Shown: positions 30,198-41,407, counted from the first letter of the stretch. The stretch: DNA of 64,000 bases from Patescibacteria group bacterium (GCA_035479015.1 DATIJC010000020.1:4365-68364), one strand, 5' to 3'. Numbers and translations: made by a program. The notes: generated from the letters alone by a model not told the origin.

Positions 30198-31275
30198 CAC
30201 CTGCCTTATCATCACTGATAAACAGATTATCATGGCTATCGTACTCAACATCTACAGGTCGGCCGATCACAGCGTTACCTGAGATAAATCCAGTAATGAA
30301 ATCTTGTGATCCTGTGATTGAATTACCCTTCACGGTCAGTTTCACGATCTTATAGCCATCAGGTACTGACCTATTCCAAGATCCGTGGTATGCGACTAGC
30401 AAATTGCCATCGGGATCAAATGTCAACCCAAGCGGGGCTGAATGTGCAGGAATTTTATAGACCGGTGGAATTGTATTTGCACACACACTCGAATCATGTG
30501 ATGCTCCCTTTGTATCAAATACTTTGTCTCCATAACAATTGGGCCAGCCGTAATTACCTCCTTCACTGAATATATTAATTTCGTCCGGCGGAATATCATC
30601 TCCTAAGAAATCTCTACCCATCTCTGTTCCCCAAATTGCACCAGTTTTAGGGTTCTTAGTGATAAACACGCTATTTCGAAGACCTTTGGAAAAGATTTTT
30701 ACACTCTTCCCATCCGTGCTCGTCTGCATAATTGCCGCCAATCGATCATCTTTTTCATTACACACATCGCAAGTAGAGCCTACTGAAACATAAAAATTTC
30801 CCTGGTCGTCAAAAACTAGTGAACGCGTGAAATGCCTGCCGCCAGTAGGCAGAGACAGTACTTTGTTATCATAGATTGCGGTCAGATTTTGCTCGTCAAG
30901 CACATACCGGTTCACAGATGTCTCTTGCGCAACATATAAAAATCCGTCACGGATAGCTAGGCCATGGGGTCGCTTCAAGTTGGATAATAGTGTGTGCACT
31001 GAAAAATCAGAAAGATTTATCGCATCCACTTTGCCACCATTCATCTCTGATACATAGAGAATGCCGCCATGCACTAGTAGATCGCGGGGAGTATTTAAAT
31101 TTTCGACCACGGTTCGAACTGCGTATCCGGTAGGGACTTTCAGAGTGGACACTTCCCTACCAAATAGTTTTGTGGGCACAGGAATTACAGGAGAAACAGC
31201 TACGTGCTGGTTTCTAGCCACCACGCCTACACCCAGCAAGAAAAGAAGAATGACTAGAAGTGCTATCTTTTTCAC
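30154..31275 (-). CDS. Secreted glucose/sorbosone dehydrogenase-like beta-propeller protein
   Basis: RPHGL, GLRNS, PPDEIN, NYGWP, AHSAPLG, HGSWNR, GRPVDV. Confidence 0.9.
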   Translation of the reverse strand: MKKIALLVILLFLLGVGVVARNQHVAVSPVIPVPTKLFGREVSTLKVPTGYAVRTVVENLNTPRDLLVHGGILYVSEMNGGKVDAINLSDFSVHTLLSNLKRPHGLAIRDGFLYVAQETSVNRYVLDEQNLTAIYDNKVLSLPTGGRHFTRSLVFDDQGNFYVSVGSTCDVCNEKDDRLAAIMQTSTDGKSVKIFSKGLRNSVFITKNPKTGAIWGTEMGRDFLGDDIPPDEINIFSEGGNYGWPNCYGDKVFDTKGASHDSSVCANTIPPVYKIPAHSAPLGLTFDPDGNLLVAYHGSWNRSVPDGYKIVKLTVKGNSITGSQDFITGFISGNAVIGRPVDVEYDSHDNLFISDDKAGVIYRVTKDVLGTQK

Positions 31276-31327
31276 AATTCCATAATAGCTAATTTAGCAA
31301 AAGATTGCTAGAATTCCCTCTAGAAAA

Positions 31328-31398
31328 GCCCTTTTAGTTCAGTGGCAGAACAGCGGTATCGTAAACCGCGGACGTCAGTTCGATTCTGACAAAGGGCT
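31328..31398 (+). tRNA. tRNA-Thr(CGU)
   Basis: GCCCTTT/AAAGGGC acceptor, GCGGT-AT-CGT-AA-ACCGC (A32 is atypical), GTCAG-TTCGATT-CTGAC. Confidence 0.92.
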
Positions 31399-31430
31399 CA
31401 CTCTGGCAAGCTGGGTGCTACAATGATCTT

Positions 31431-32141
31431 ATGTCCTATTCCCGTCTTGAAACCCACGAACGAACCACGCTTATCCGCCAGATAGTATTTTTCTTAGGTG
31501 CCGGTGCCGGCTTGATCCTTGTGTTCATGCTGGTAGTCATGCCCTTATCCATCCAGATCCTTGCACGGATGCACGTGTCATCCAAAATTACAGTGGATAA
31601 TCAAAGCTCTGTACCACCGAGTAAACCTTTTTTGGAACAACCGTTTAATGCCACAAATAGTGCACAGATTAGTTTGCGAGGAGTAGCTCAGTCGGGCAGC
31701 AAGATCCTATTGTTCCAAAACAATTCGCAGATTCAAGAGTCCACTGCATCTGATGACGGTTCATTTACATTTGACAACATAACGCTTGCGACAGATTCCA
31801 ATGTATTCAATGCATATGCAGAAAATGAAAAAGGCCTGCGCAGCACACCTTCAGAGAGTATAACTATTGCCTACATCACTAAGGCTCCCTCTCTTGCTAT
31901 TGATTCGCCTGCAGACGGTACAGTAATCACAGCTAGCAAACAAAATCCGATAACTATTAAAGGCAAGACAGATCCTGGCAGTAAGATACTCATTCAAGAT
32001 CAAGTCACCTTTGTATCTTCAGATGGATCATTTTCGGGCCAAGTGCAATTAGTTCAGGGAGTAAATGCCATCGTTGTGAAAGCAATCAACGCCGCGACTT
32101 TGGAGACCGACCAGACACTAAACTTGCGCTATATCCCATAG
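31431..32141 (+). CDS. Membrane-anchored protein with two Ig-like domains
   Basis: N-terminal TM and two repeats of the I.G....GSKIL...DGSF pattern. Confidence 0.8.
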   Translation: MSYSRLETHERTTLIRQIVFFLGAGAGLILVFMLVVMPLSIQILARMHVSSKITVDNQSSVPPSKPFLEQPFNATNSAQISLRGVAQSGSKILLFQNNSQIQESTASDDGSFTFDNITLATDSNVFNAYAENEKGLRSTPSESITIAYITKAPSLAIDSPADGTVITASKQNPITIKGKTDPGSKILIQDQVTFVSSDGSFSGQVQLVQGVNAIVVKAINAATLETDQTLNLRYIP

Positions 32142-33210
32142 TCAGTGAGAGAAACAATAGAACTGCTGGGTAAAAAAGCACATTACTAAAAAGAGAGCCA
32201 ACTGCAAAAGTAGCCCCTATTAGCATTGCGTCTTTACCCCAACGAGCGGTCTTTAGCTGAACCAGTAGTAAACCCACCCACAAGATCATTCCAATGATCC
32301 CAAGTGAAGAAAACAAAAATAAAAGCGAGTTATCAGGAGCACTGGCATGGTTTGGAACAATGATTCGCTGGTATGAGCTGACGGGTTTAACATCACGCAG
32401 TGAATACCAACCGTTACCCAAAATTACAGTGGATAAATTTAAATTGGAAACAGACGCGCTCATGCTCTCCACCCGTGAGTTAATACTAGCAGTTCTCTCT
32501 AACCTTGCTCCCTCACTAGAGGGTCTGGGGAGCAGCAAAATTCCAATCATAAATGCTGCCAACAAACCTAGATAAATCTTTTGCCTGTAGATGATAAACA
32601 ACCCTATCATCCCGACTGCGAACGCCACGTATCCGGCACGGGAATACGTAAGCAGAAGTGCGACGATACAAAGAGCCAAAGGGACTTTCAAATTCTTTTT
32701 TGTGATAATAATTCCGCCGACCAAGAGTGCTGCAAAGAAATTCGGATCAAAAATCGTACTGATAGCGCGGAAGTAATGATCATCCCAACCTAAGAATTTT
32801 AAAAGCCGTACGTCCGGCACAAAAATGTATTGGAGGATTCCAATAATTGCCAAACCCATTATCCAAAAAACAATACTTTTCTTAATCTCATCACCTAAAA
32901 TAATCTTTTGTTTCACGCTTTCTACTAACAGCCACCCAAAATATACGTATATCCCAAAGCGCATCGTATATGCTGCTCCTGCTAGAGAGAAATGACCCAT
33001 GATAACTGTCCACGCCAAGAATACGATCAGTGCTGCAGGAGGAATCACTAATTTTTTAAATAAAACAAAATACACATCAAACAGTAAGATTAAAAAGTCT
33101 GCGAGTGTGAAGGCAATAGAGTTCGTGATTTGCACTCTACCCAGTTGGCCTAGGACAGACACTCCTATCAGGAGTAAAAATAACACCCGTACTACAGCGT
33201 TATGCTTCAT
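32086..33210 (-). CDS. O-antigen ligase/polymerase family membrane protein
   Basis: RAISTIFDPNFFA, LLTYSRAG, LGNG, DNS...GIIG. Many TM segments. Confidence 0.85.
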   Translation of the reverse strand: MKHNAVVRVLFLLLIGVSVLGQLGRVQITNSIAFTLADFLILLFDVYFVLFKKLVIPPAALIVFLAWTVIMGHFSLAGAAYTMRFGIYVYFGWLLVESVKQKIILGDEIKKSIVFWIMGLAIIGILQYIFVPDVRLLKFLGWDDHYFRAISTIFDPNFFAALLVGGIIITKKNLKVPLALCIVALLLTYSRAGYVAFAVGMIGLFIIYRQKIYLGLLAAFMIGILLLPRPSSEGARLERTASINSRVESMSASVSNLNLSTVILGNGWYSLRDVKPVSSYQRIIVPNHASAPDNSLLFLFSSLGIIGMILWVGLLLVQLKTARWGKDAMLIGATFAVGSLFSNVLFYPAVLLFLSLTMGYSASLVSGRSPKSRR

Positions 33211-33937
33211 ATTTTTCTAATATAAAAATCCGCACACAGAGCGAGTGCAGGCTCATGGCCCATGCATAGATGAGTCCTGGTACTCCGTCCAAAAAACCTA
33301 ATCTTAAAAAATAGTTATGCACAAATTTTGCTGGTGGGAATAGAATTAATTGCACGAAAGTAATAACCTGAGTTTGTTGCCGGTTTTTGGATTCAAGTTC
33401 CGCATACATTGTAATATCAGAAATAAACTCAGAAACTGTTTGGTGCGGGTAATGCTGTAATGCTCCATCGAGTTTACCGATTCCGCCCGTTATTTGCCAA
33501 ATCTCATGTACATTTCGGATCCACTTTCCTGCGGATTTTTTAGCGAGGCGCAGTATCCACACATTTCCTACCTCCCCGTGCAAGAGTTTTCTGCCCATAA
33601 AAATGTCTGTGCGTCGTATCAAGTAACCATTCAACTCCGACCCAATAGACTTTTCGATTGACTGGACCAACTGATCGCTTACTACTTCATCTGAGTCGAC
33701 AAACAACACCCATTCATGGGTTGCGTGCTGCATAGCAAAGTTCCGCTTGGCGGCAAACCCAAGACCCGGAGGGAGATGCAAAATCTTTGCACCAAACTTT
33801 TTAGCAATTTCCGTGCTATTGTCCGTCGACCCATCATCAGCCAGAATAATCTCGTCACAAAACTCTAAGGATTTTAGTGTCCGCTCTAGAGAGTTAGAAG
33901 CATTTTTACAGAGAATGATCGCAGATATATTTATCAT
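33200..33937 (-). CDS. GT2 glycosyltransferase
   Basis: DDGSTD, GFAAKRNFA, WVLFVDSDE, VHE, GFLDG. Confidence 0.93.
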   Translation of the reverse strand: MINISAIILCKNASNSLERTLKSLEFCDEIILADDGSTDNSTEIAKKFGAKILHLPPGLGFAAKRNFAMQHATHEWVLFVDSDEVVSDQLVQSIEKSIGSELNGYLIRRTDIFMGRKLLHGEVGNVWILRLAKKSAGKWIRNVHEIWQITGGIGKLDGALQHYPHQTVSEFISDITMYAELESKNRQQTQVITFVQLILFPPAKFVHNYFLRLGFLDGVPGLIYAWAMSLHSLCVRIFILEKYEA

Positions 33938-35340
33938 AATGCTTTAAACATGTACGGACCGTTAGTAGAAAAACTCTTATCCTCTGCCCACGGCGCAATG
34001 GCCGGCTCAAGTTCGATGGTTCGGCAAGGCTTGTACCCTCTGTCAGCCAACAAGAAGCGCACATTATCCCAATAACTAGGGAATGTTTGTTCTTGCTCCT
34101 GTGAGACTACATTTATGCATTGGCCATTTGAAAGGGATAGCATCGACGTCACTGTCTGTTGCTGCAAAGATAGCGCCGCCCCAAAGCGCCTACTCGCAGC
34201 ATCAGTTTCACCTCGTTGTAATAAGAAAAAGTGATTACTCAAAATCACCTGAAGAGATAATCCTAAAAGCACAATTGCCACAAGCAGTGTTGCCCAACGA
34301 ATCGCCCGCACGGTGTTCGCCAGTGCAAATCCAATAATGATTGGTGCCAAAGTTATGAGAGGCGGAAAGTAGGCTTCCGATGGTGACGAATGTATAAAGA
34401 AGGACGCGAATAACAAACAAAAAGCAACGAATGATAAACGAATTACTTCATTCATTCGTTTCCAAAGAAGAATACACAAAGTAAGTGAAAAAACCGTGAT
34501 GAATATCCAGAATGACATATCTTCAAGTGTTCCCCTCTCAGAAAATATTTTCAGGTAGTATGTGAGGATCGAAGTGCTAGTTTCGGCAACCGTAGCTTCA
34601 CGTATGTGGGGAATAAATGCACTGACTATCCGATATCCTACCCATATGATAAATAATCCCAGCTGTGAAAATTTATGGGTGAAATCATAAATAATTTCAG
34701 GAAGCAGTCCCAACACAATTCCTATAATCCATGATCTGCAATCTACAATCTTATGTCCTTTACTCCACCAAACAAATGCAACTAAAAGTACCAGCGGAAA
34801 AGTAGCAAGCTCACTGTTAAACAGCAGCGCAAATAGTAATCCTGATCCGAAAGCACCCCATTTTTTATTCTCAAAGAAGCGCTGTAACTGCCATAGATAC
34901 AACACGATGAGTAAAGGAATGGGGTTAACCACAAAAGGCATCCGACTATGAAGTATGGCCATTGGTGAAAGTGCCAGCAACAGACTTGCGATTTGTGCAG
35001 CTCGCTTTTTTATTGGTAAGAGCAAGAGATACACTGCTATAATTGCCGAAATTCCAAAAAGAGTAGACATCACACTGACGGCGAAAATGCTTCCATTGCC
35101 TATCCATAGTGTGATAGCACTAATCCAAATATACAGCGGCCCCTGACGAAAACGGGGCAAACTGGAGGGAATACCTAATAAAGGAATGTAATGGTCCGTT
35201 AGCATGCGCCGCGCTTCTAATAAATCTCTTCCCTGATCACCGATAAATATCATGTCGCTGTTTAAATGGTAGAAGCGGATAGAGACCGCAACGATCAGTA
35301 TGAGAAAGAATACCCAGTGACGGAGAAAGACGGCTTTCAT
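33934..35340 (-). CDS. GT-C (ArnT/PMT-like) membrane glycosyltransferase
   Basis: TM1 followed by FIGDQGRD loop, GPLY, LLALSP, many TM segments. Confidence 0.8.
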   Translation of the reverse strand: MKAVFLRHWVFFLILIVAVSIRFYHLNSDMIFIGDQGRDLLEARRMLTDHYIPLLGIPSSLPRFRQGPLYIWISAITLWIGNGSIFAVSVMSTLFGISAIIAVYLLLLPIKKRAAQIASLLLALSPMAILHSRMPFVVNPIPLLIVLYLWQLQRFFENKKWGAFGSGLLFALLFNSELATFPLVLLVAFVWWSKGHKIVDCRSWIIGIVLGLLPEIIYDFTHKFSQLGLFIIWVGYRIVSAFIPHIREATVAETSTSILTYYLKIFSERGTLEDMSFWIFITVFSLTLCILLWKRMNEVIRLSFVAFCLLFASFFIHSSPSEAYFPPLITLAPIIIGFALANTVRAIRWATLLVAIVLLGLSLQVILSNHFFLLQRGETDAASRRFGAALSLQQQTVTSMLSLSNGQCINVVSQEQEQTFPSYWDNVRFLLADRGYKPCRTIELEPAIAPWAEDKSFSTNGPYMFKAL

Positions 35341-35344
35341 AACC

Positions 35345-36580
35345 TTACGTCCTTGGATTCAAATCTATCATTCTATAGGCACGCCAAAAGAAAAATGGCT
35401 GGATGAGTACTTTCGCAACTAGCACTGCAGTAGCAGCGCCGGTTATACCAAATCTTGAAGTAAAAAGCAGCAGAGCGGTGATCAGACATACTAAACCTAT
35501 GGAGTAAATGACCGTTAATTCCTTAATATGATTTTTTGCCAGGAACAACGGGCTAAAGAGTATATCCATACCATTGAGCCACGCCGACAGTGAAAGGAAT
35601 GCGAATAACGGTAGTGCTGGCCGCCACTTATCATGAAGGAAGAAAATAATGAGTTCTTGAAAAATGTGAGTGTTTAAAAGAATGACTGGAATCAACATCA
35701 CTAGAGCGGCAGGCAAAATCACACGAATAACTGCTTTGCGGATACGGTGCTCATCGCCAACAATTCGTCCATAGATTGGCAGCAACACCTGCGAGAATGA
35801 CGTGCCTACTTCCGTTACTGCTGAACGGGTAAAGTTAAATGCAGTTTGGTAATACCCAAGTTGCGTAGCTCCGAGCACTCGGCCCACGATAATGTTATCG
35901 ATATTTTGTTCTGCAAATGTCACTACACCAGCGAGATTCACCCACTTGCCCGGGTTAATGATCTCCATTGCGATTTTTTTATTAAATGAGAATTTGGGCC
36001 AAGGTCGCAGTAATACGTATGAGCTGATTACTTCAGCGACTGCTGCAATCAGCATTCCCCAGATTAAGCTCAACGCATTATGAAATCTATATACAAGTAG
36101 TATCGAAGATACTACATCAACCAATATCAATCCTAACCGGAAAAATGCTTCTTTATGATATTTTAGGTCTTTTACAAATGATGCCTCAGCCGGATTGATA
36201 AAGCCTTTCGTGATAGGAATGACTGCGGCCCAAATAAGCAGGATGAAAAGTCCGGGATCGCGGAAGAATTGCGGCAGTACAAATGATGAGCTAAACAGAA
36301 TGAGTGAAATGATGATTCCACGGGCAACAGATACAAAAAAGGCTGTGTCGATAAAGTGCGTCAATGGTTTTTTGTCGCGGATCAAGACTATGTTTATTCC
36401 GGTCTCAGTCAGCATTTCTAAAAAACCAAGTGCAATGGCAGCGAGACCAAATAGTCCCACTTCGCGAGGCGAGAGGAATCTGTACGCTACAAGTACCTTA
36501 AAAAAGACAATCGCTTTCGCCCCGAAGCGGAAAAATCCTATCCATCCCAAACCCTTGGCTACGTCACGTGTATATCCCAT
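35345..36580 (-). CDS. Wzx-type polysaccharide flippase
   Basis: RFLSPREVGLF, NIDNIIVGRVLGATQLGYY, multiple TM segments. Confidence 0.88.
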   Translation of the reverse strand: MGYTRDVAKGLGWIGFFRFGAKAIVFFKVLVAYRFLSPREVGLFGLAAIALGFLEMLTETGINIVLIRDKKPLTHFIDTAFFVSVARGIIISLILFSSSFVLPQFFRDPGLFILLIWAAVIPITKGFINPAEASFVKDLKYHKEAFFRLGLILVDVVSSILLVYRFHNALSLIWGMLIAAVAEVISSYVLLRPWPKFSFNKKIAMEIINPGKWVNLAGVVTFAEQNIDNIIVGRVLGATQLGYYQTAFNFTRSAVTEVGTSFSQVLLPIYGRIVGDEHRIRKAVIRVILPAALVMLIPVILLNTHIFQELIIFFLHDKWRPALPLFAFLSLSAWLNGMDILFSPLFLAKNHIKELTVIYSIGLVCLITALLLFTSRFGITGAATAVLVAKVLIQPFFFWRAYRMIDLNPRT

Positions 36581-36584
36581 AGCA

Positions 36585-37496
36585 CTATTGTAACAGTCCT
36601 ACTGCAGTTGCGGTCATGACACAGAGATCACTTAATATTTGCAGGACCGGCAAGATGAACACTGCACGCCCGTCACGCACATATCTATAATTCTTCACTA
36701 TGCTGTAGACGATATAGACAATGCTCAGCTGAAGCGTGAAAAACCAGAGAGGCCAGAAGTATAGTGAAAGTAGCATAAGTCCAATAAAAAAGAAATAACG
36801 GACAAAAATAAATGCTACTTTGGGGCGGAAGATTTTGTTATACGCATCACCATACGCATGCTCATAAATCATCCTTGCAAACGAAGAAAGATTGCCCCGA
36901 GGCCTCCAGTAGACGACAGCATCAGCCACTACGTGAATCTTAATTCGTGAATCGTGAATCTTCCGCGCTAATGCATAGTCTTCAGCATAGCGGAAATCTT
37001 CGTCAAACTTCCCTATTTCCTGCCAAACTTTTTTCGTGATACCCATGCTACGGGTAGCCGGCAGGAAAGTTTTGACATTTAATTTATCTGGCATGACCAG
37101 AGCATAAGGCGCTACACATTTTTCAAATGTATTTTTGCAGTCAGCCGCGTAGTAGCCCGCAACCACATCTGCCTTCTCAAATCCCTCCTTCATCCGCTCT
37201 ACCCAGTGTTCTTCCAGCGTGCACCCAGCATCAGTGATTAAAATATGTTCATGCTTTGCCGCCGTTATCGCTTTATTTCTCCCCACAGATCTATTTGCAT
37301 CTGCCGGCAAATCAATAAAACGAACTGTTTTTTTGTTTTTATATTTTGTCAGCCATCCGACGGATTGCATTTCAGAATTGCCTCCAGCATCTGTAAACAC
37401 AAACTCATCAGGTCCGATTGTTTGTTTCGATATCGATTCCAAAAGACTAGAGATGTCTGCCTCGTTCTTTATCGTAATAATCAGTGATACTTTCAT
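36585..37496 (-). CDS. GT2 glycosyltransferase
   Basis: MKVSLIITIKNE (ATGA overlap with the upstream gene), GRN, TDAG, AED. Confidence 0.9.
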   Translation of the reverse strand: MKVSLIITIKNEADISSLLESISKQTIGPDEFVFTDAGGNSEMQSVGWLTKYKNKKTVRFIDLPADANRSVGRNKAITAAKHEHILITDAGCTLEEHWVERMKEGFEKADVVAGYYAADCKNTFEKCVAPYALVMPDKLNVKTFLPATRSMGITKKVWQEIGKFDEDFRYAEDYALARKIHDSRIKIHVVADAVVYWRPRGNLSSFARMIYEHAYGDAYNKIFRPKVAFIFVRYFFFIGLMLLSLYFWPLWFFTLQLSIVYIVYSIVKNYRYVRDGRAVFILPVLQILSDLCVMTATAVGLLQ

Positions 37497-38512
37497 TTTA
37501 GTTTCCATAGTTTGTAGTACGTCTCCGCTGCTTTCTCCCATGTTTGTTCCTTGGCCCAATTGTAGGCGGCATTGACATCAGTTTTCGTTTTTTTCTTGTC
37601 CTTAGTAATTTTTTCTAGATTTGATCGTATTTCTTCTGATGTGTGCGCAATGTTCACCCAAGAATGAAATGGGGTGGTCATCAGATAATCATATTTAATC
37701 TCGTTGTTGTAGTGTGCGATCACAGGAACTTTAGATATGAAGGCTTCAAGTATAGATAGGTATCGGGAAACAAAAGCTACTTTATAATTTTTAACTTTAT
37801 CTGCCGCAACAGCGACAAATCCAAAGAAGGTAACATCTACTTTTAGCTCCATCGCCAATTTCTTCGCCTCTTCCATTTGCGGACCATCACCGAATACATC
37901 CAACGTTAATTTCGTGCCCTTTAATGATTTAATGTACTCGGTAATTCCGGTATCTTCTTGTAATCTGCCGATAAAAATGGCTTTTGGATTTTTTGATTTG
38001 TTTAGTTTACTGGCCGGATCAACCCCACCAAAGATCACATAATTAGGACTAGTCCCATACCATTTTGTGTAGAACCCACCCACACAAATATTACCAACGG
38101 TTAGCTTTTCGCCCAGCTTATGCCAAAATTTTTGTTTCAATGTGGGTAATTCGAACCCCTCATATCCATGAAATGTTATAAATAATTTGGGCAACTTGAA
38201 AATTAGTAATGGTATTATCCAAAAAAACACATCGTGAAAATGAATTACGTCAAACCCTTGCAACCAAGTCTTGTGTTTTATCATCCATTTCCAGATTTTC
38301 CATTTTTTGTTTTTTTCATTAGTACCTGAAGTATCGATGCGATGAATTTTTATACCTTGATATACCTCCTCATTGCTAAGCTTGCCTTCGTTGTCTTCTG
38401 TCAACACGAAAACCTCGTTATTTCTCATTAATAGCTTGGAAAACTCCTCTATATGTTTTTCTATACCTCCGATGTTTGGATAATAAGATCGTGTAATGTG
38501 AAGGATTTTCAT
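37493..38512 (-). CDS. GT4 glycosyltransferase
   Basis: MKILHITRSYYPNIGGIE, FIGRL, GDGP, SILEA. Confidence 0.92.
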   Translation of the reverse strand: MKILHITRSYYPNIGGIEKHIEEFSKLLMRNNEVFVLTEDNEGKLSNEEVYQGIKIHRIDTSGTNEKNKKWKIWKWMIKHKTWLQGFDVIHFHDVFFWIIPLLIFKLPKLFITFHGYEGFELPTLKQKFWHKLGEKLTVGNICVGGFYTKWYGTSPNYVIFGGVDPASKLNKSKNPKAIFIGRLQEDTGITEYIKSLKGTKLTLDVFGDGPQMEEAKKLAMELKVDVTFFGFVAVAADKVKNYKVAFVSRYLSILEAFISKVPVIAHYNNEIKYDYLMTTPFHSWVNIAHTSEEIRSNLEKITKDKKKTKTDVNAAYNWAKEQTWEKAAETYYKLWKLK

Positions 38513-38564
38513 ACTGCAACTCTGCCTATTGACACACAGCTAAACATCAGTATTACTTAATCTA

Positions 38565-40343
38565 ATGTTAAGTAAATATTGTACAGTTAATGCTTTCATT
38601 TCTTTTGCAATAGTTTTCTTTCTGTTCTTATTGATTATACCTGGTCTGAGCCTAGCTTGGGCCTCAAATATCGTATTTAGCGATAACTTTAGCTCTCCAA
38701 CAAACGGCATTCTGCTTGAATCATATAATCCTCTTTGGCATCGCTACGATACCTCTACTTCCCAGGTTCATATAATAAATAATCTTGCAGTAAGTGATGA
38801 CGGGGCAAACAGTCTATACACTCTCCCTTCAGTCCAGTCTCAAAACCTCTGTGTTCAAGTTGATTATATGGTCAAACAAAATTTTGAAGAATTTTTAGAC
38901 TTATCTACCCGCTACCACGGAGTAAGCGGTCAGCCGCTCGTGCAGTTTATGTTTTATGGAAATGGACAAGGATTCACCCATGCTTATGGAACAGGTGTCG
39001 ACTTTACTGGTACTTTCCCAATAGGTGTCTCTAATGGAATTCACACGCTAACTTTTTGCGAGATATCAAATAATTTAACTTGGTATATTGATGGAACAAT
39101 ACATGGAAACTTCACGGATCCCAATCCAATAGCCGTAGGAGTAACTGATTTTTCTGCCTCACATGCTTCAAACTTTGATAACTTCAAAGTCTTTGATGGG
39201 ATACCCGCCTTCGAACAAATGCAACCGGGGGCGATAGAGCCCCCAGCACCAACTCCTTTCCCCTATTATCTTCAAACAGACCCGCGTTGGAAAAACGAAA
39301 TCTATGATAAGGCAGATATTTGGTCGCCAACAGCGGTGAGTTTTGAGCGATGGGGCTGCGCCGTCACAGACATGAGCATGATACTCAAATATCATGGCAT
39401 CAATACACTTCCAGACGGTCATGAGTCAACACCAGGCAACTTAAACGCCTGGCTCAAATCCCAACCTGATGGATACATTCGTGACGGAATGCTTAATTGG
39501 CACGCAATCAGTAGAGCAACAAAATGGGCGCACACGCAAGATAGTGCCGTCCCTACACTCGAGTATCAAATTGGGGGTAATTCATTAAGTGAATTGCAAA
39601 CAGAACTTGATGCTCATAGACCTGCGATTTTGGATGTGACTGGTCATTTTGTCGTCGGATATAAATTTACATCTCCCGCGACCTATCTAATCCGTGATCC
39701 GTTCTATGAGACGAAGACAACACTAGGAAGCTATTCAAATACATTCGCGTCTATACGTAAATTCTATCCTACTAGCTCTGATTTAAGCTATATCAGCGTG
39801 TATGCTGACCCAGACATCAGCGCTACTCTTGATCATGGAGCGCCGCAGGTCGGAATCCAAGACCCCATCACTGATCCGTTAACAGGCAATAGTTCATCCC
39901 CTTTTTCGTATCTTGAGCTATACCAACCAAACGATGGCATATACGAATTAACACTCACTCAAAATAGTCCGGGCGAAGGCACTTTTGTGATATACGCATA
40001 TAATGAATTCGGGGAACAAACCAATCTCTCCCAGACGGTCTTATTCAGGCAATCACCGATCTCGTTTCGTATTCATTTTTCTAAACAGGGAGCGTCTACA
40101 ATCGAGCGTGAGCTGAATTTCCGGTATCTTCAGGCGGAAGTCTCACAATTTTATGGACCCGGGAAAAACCTGCTTGCATTACTTGCCAACAGTGAACGTG
40201 AATATCCAAGTAACACTCTGCTTTCATCACGGTCATTCAAACAATTCATGATGAATTTACAGGTACATCAGAAGCAAATTCTTCCCGCTGACTATGCACT
40301 ACTTCTGTCAGATTCTCAGTTGCTCTACAACCAACTGTATTAA
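38565..40343 (+). CDS. Secreted multidomain protein with central C39-like peptidase
   Basis: Signal peptide, beta-rich N-domain (FSDNF...FDNFKV), YYLQTDPRW...GCAVT, GHFVV, IRDP. Confidence 0.78.
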   Translation: MLSKYCTVNAFISFAIVFFLFLLIIPGLSLAWASNIVFSDNFSSPTNGILLESYNPLWHRYDTSTSQVHIINNLAVSDDGANSLYTLPSVQSQNLCVQVDYMVKQNFEEFLDLSTRYHGVSGQPLVQFMFYGNGQGFTHAYGTGVDFTGTFPIGVSNGIHTLTFCEISNNLTWYIDGTIHGNFTDPNPIAVGVTDFSASHASNFDNFKVFDGIPAFEQMQPGAIEPPAPTPFPYYLQTDPRWKNEIYDKADIWSPTAVSFERWGCAVTDMSMILKYHGINTLPDGHESTPGNLNAWLKSQPDGYIRDGMLNWHAISRATKWAHTQDSAVPTLEYQIGGNSLSELQTELDAHRPAILDVTGHFVVGYKFTSPATYLIRDPFYETKTTLGSYSNTFASIRKFYPTSSDLSYISVYADPDISATLDHGAPQVGIQDPITDPLTGNSSSPFSYLELYQPNDGIYELTLTQNSPGEGTFVIYAYNEFGEQTNLSQTVLFRQSPISFRIHFSKQGASTIERELNFRYLQAEVSQFYGPGKNLLALLANSEREYPSNTLLSSRSFKQFMMNLQVHQKQILPADYALLLSDSQLLYNQLY

Positions 40344-40357
40344 CGTATAATACAGGC

Positions 40358-41407
40358 ATGGCTTTTTCCTGGAACTCGCTTCCCAAACCCATCATTGGTC
40401 TATCCGCAATGGATGGTGTGACGGATGCCGCAATGCGGGAGATTACAAAGGAAGTTGGCGGGCCTGACTTCATGGTGACAGAATTTACCAGCGCCGATGG
40501 CATCGTGCACGGAGTCGCTAAACTACTTCGTGATTTTTATTACACTCTCAAACAGCGCCCTATCATCGCGCAAATTTTTGGTACGAACCCAGAAACTTTC
40601 TATAAGACTGCCATCATCTGTGCTTATTTAGGATTTGATGGAATCGATATCAATATGGGCTGTCCAGCCGACTCTATAGCCAAAAAAGGCGGCGGAGCGT
40701 GTCTTATCCAAACACCAGAGCTTGCGCAAAAACTGATTAGAGCAGTACAAACCGGCATTGCTGATTGGGCAAATGGAAAAAGTATCAACGATTTGGGTTT
40801 GCCACCTACCTTTGTAGAATTATTGAAATTGCGCGCCCCTAATCTCCAATCTCTAACCCCTAATCTCTTACCTGTCTCGGTAAAAACTCGTATTGGTTTT
40901 GATAAGCCTGACACAGCTAATTGGCTACCTAGTTTGCTAGAGACCCATCCTGCAGTTATTACCTTGCATGGGCGCACGCTGGAGCAGCAGTATAGCGGCA
41001 AAGCCAACTGGGAAGAGATTGCTAAGGCAGTAGAGATCGCAAAGGGAAGTGGGACGTTGATTTTTGGCAATGGAGATCTGACGTCACAGGAAGTGATACA
41101 TCAGCGTATAAGTGAGAGCGGCGTGGATGGAGTGTGGGTCGCACGAGCCGCGATGGGTAATCCGTGGATATTCACAAATCACAGCCCTACGACACAAGAG
41201 CGCTTTGCAGTAGCGATCAAACACTGTGAAATATTTGAAGAATTTAACCGTACAGTGTTTGCCAGTGACCCTTATCCGTTTTTGAATATGCGCAAACACT
41301 TGGGTTGGTACGTCAAAGACTTTCCCGATGCTGCTCTCATCCGAGCCAAGCTTTTTCAAACAAATAATTCAGTGGAGGTGAAACAAGTACTTGCAGAAGT
41401 GTTGTAG
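40358..41407 (+). CDS. tRNA-dihydrouridine synthase
   Basis: MDGVTD, QIFG, IDINMGCP, SVKTRIG, HGRT, GNGD, MRKH. Confidence 0.95.
   Translation: MAFSWNSLPKPIIGLSAMDGVTDAAMREITKEVGGPDFMVTEFTSADGIVHGVAKLLRDFYYTLKQRPIIAQIFGTNPETFYKTAIICAYLGFDGIDINMGCPADSIAKKGGGACLIQTPELAQKLIRAVQTGIADWANGKSINDLGLPPTFVELLKLRAPNLQSLTPNLLPVSVKTRIGFDKPDTANWLPSLLETHPAVITLHGRTLEQQYSGKANWEEIAKAVEIAKGSGTLIFGNGDLTSQEVIHQRISESGVDGVWVARAAMGNPWIFTNHSPTTQERFAVAIKHCEIFEEFNRTVFASDPYPFLNMRKHLGWYVKDFPDAALIRAKLFQTNNSVEVKQVLAEVL
40838..40872. repeat. 7-nt-period tract inside the dus gene
   Basis: CCTAATC TCCAATC TCTAACC CCTAATC TCTTACC, encoding PNLQSLTPNLL. Confidence 0.75.
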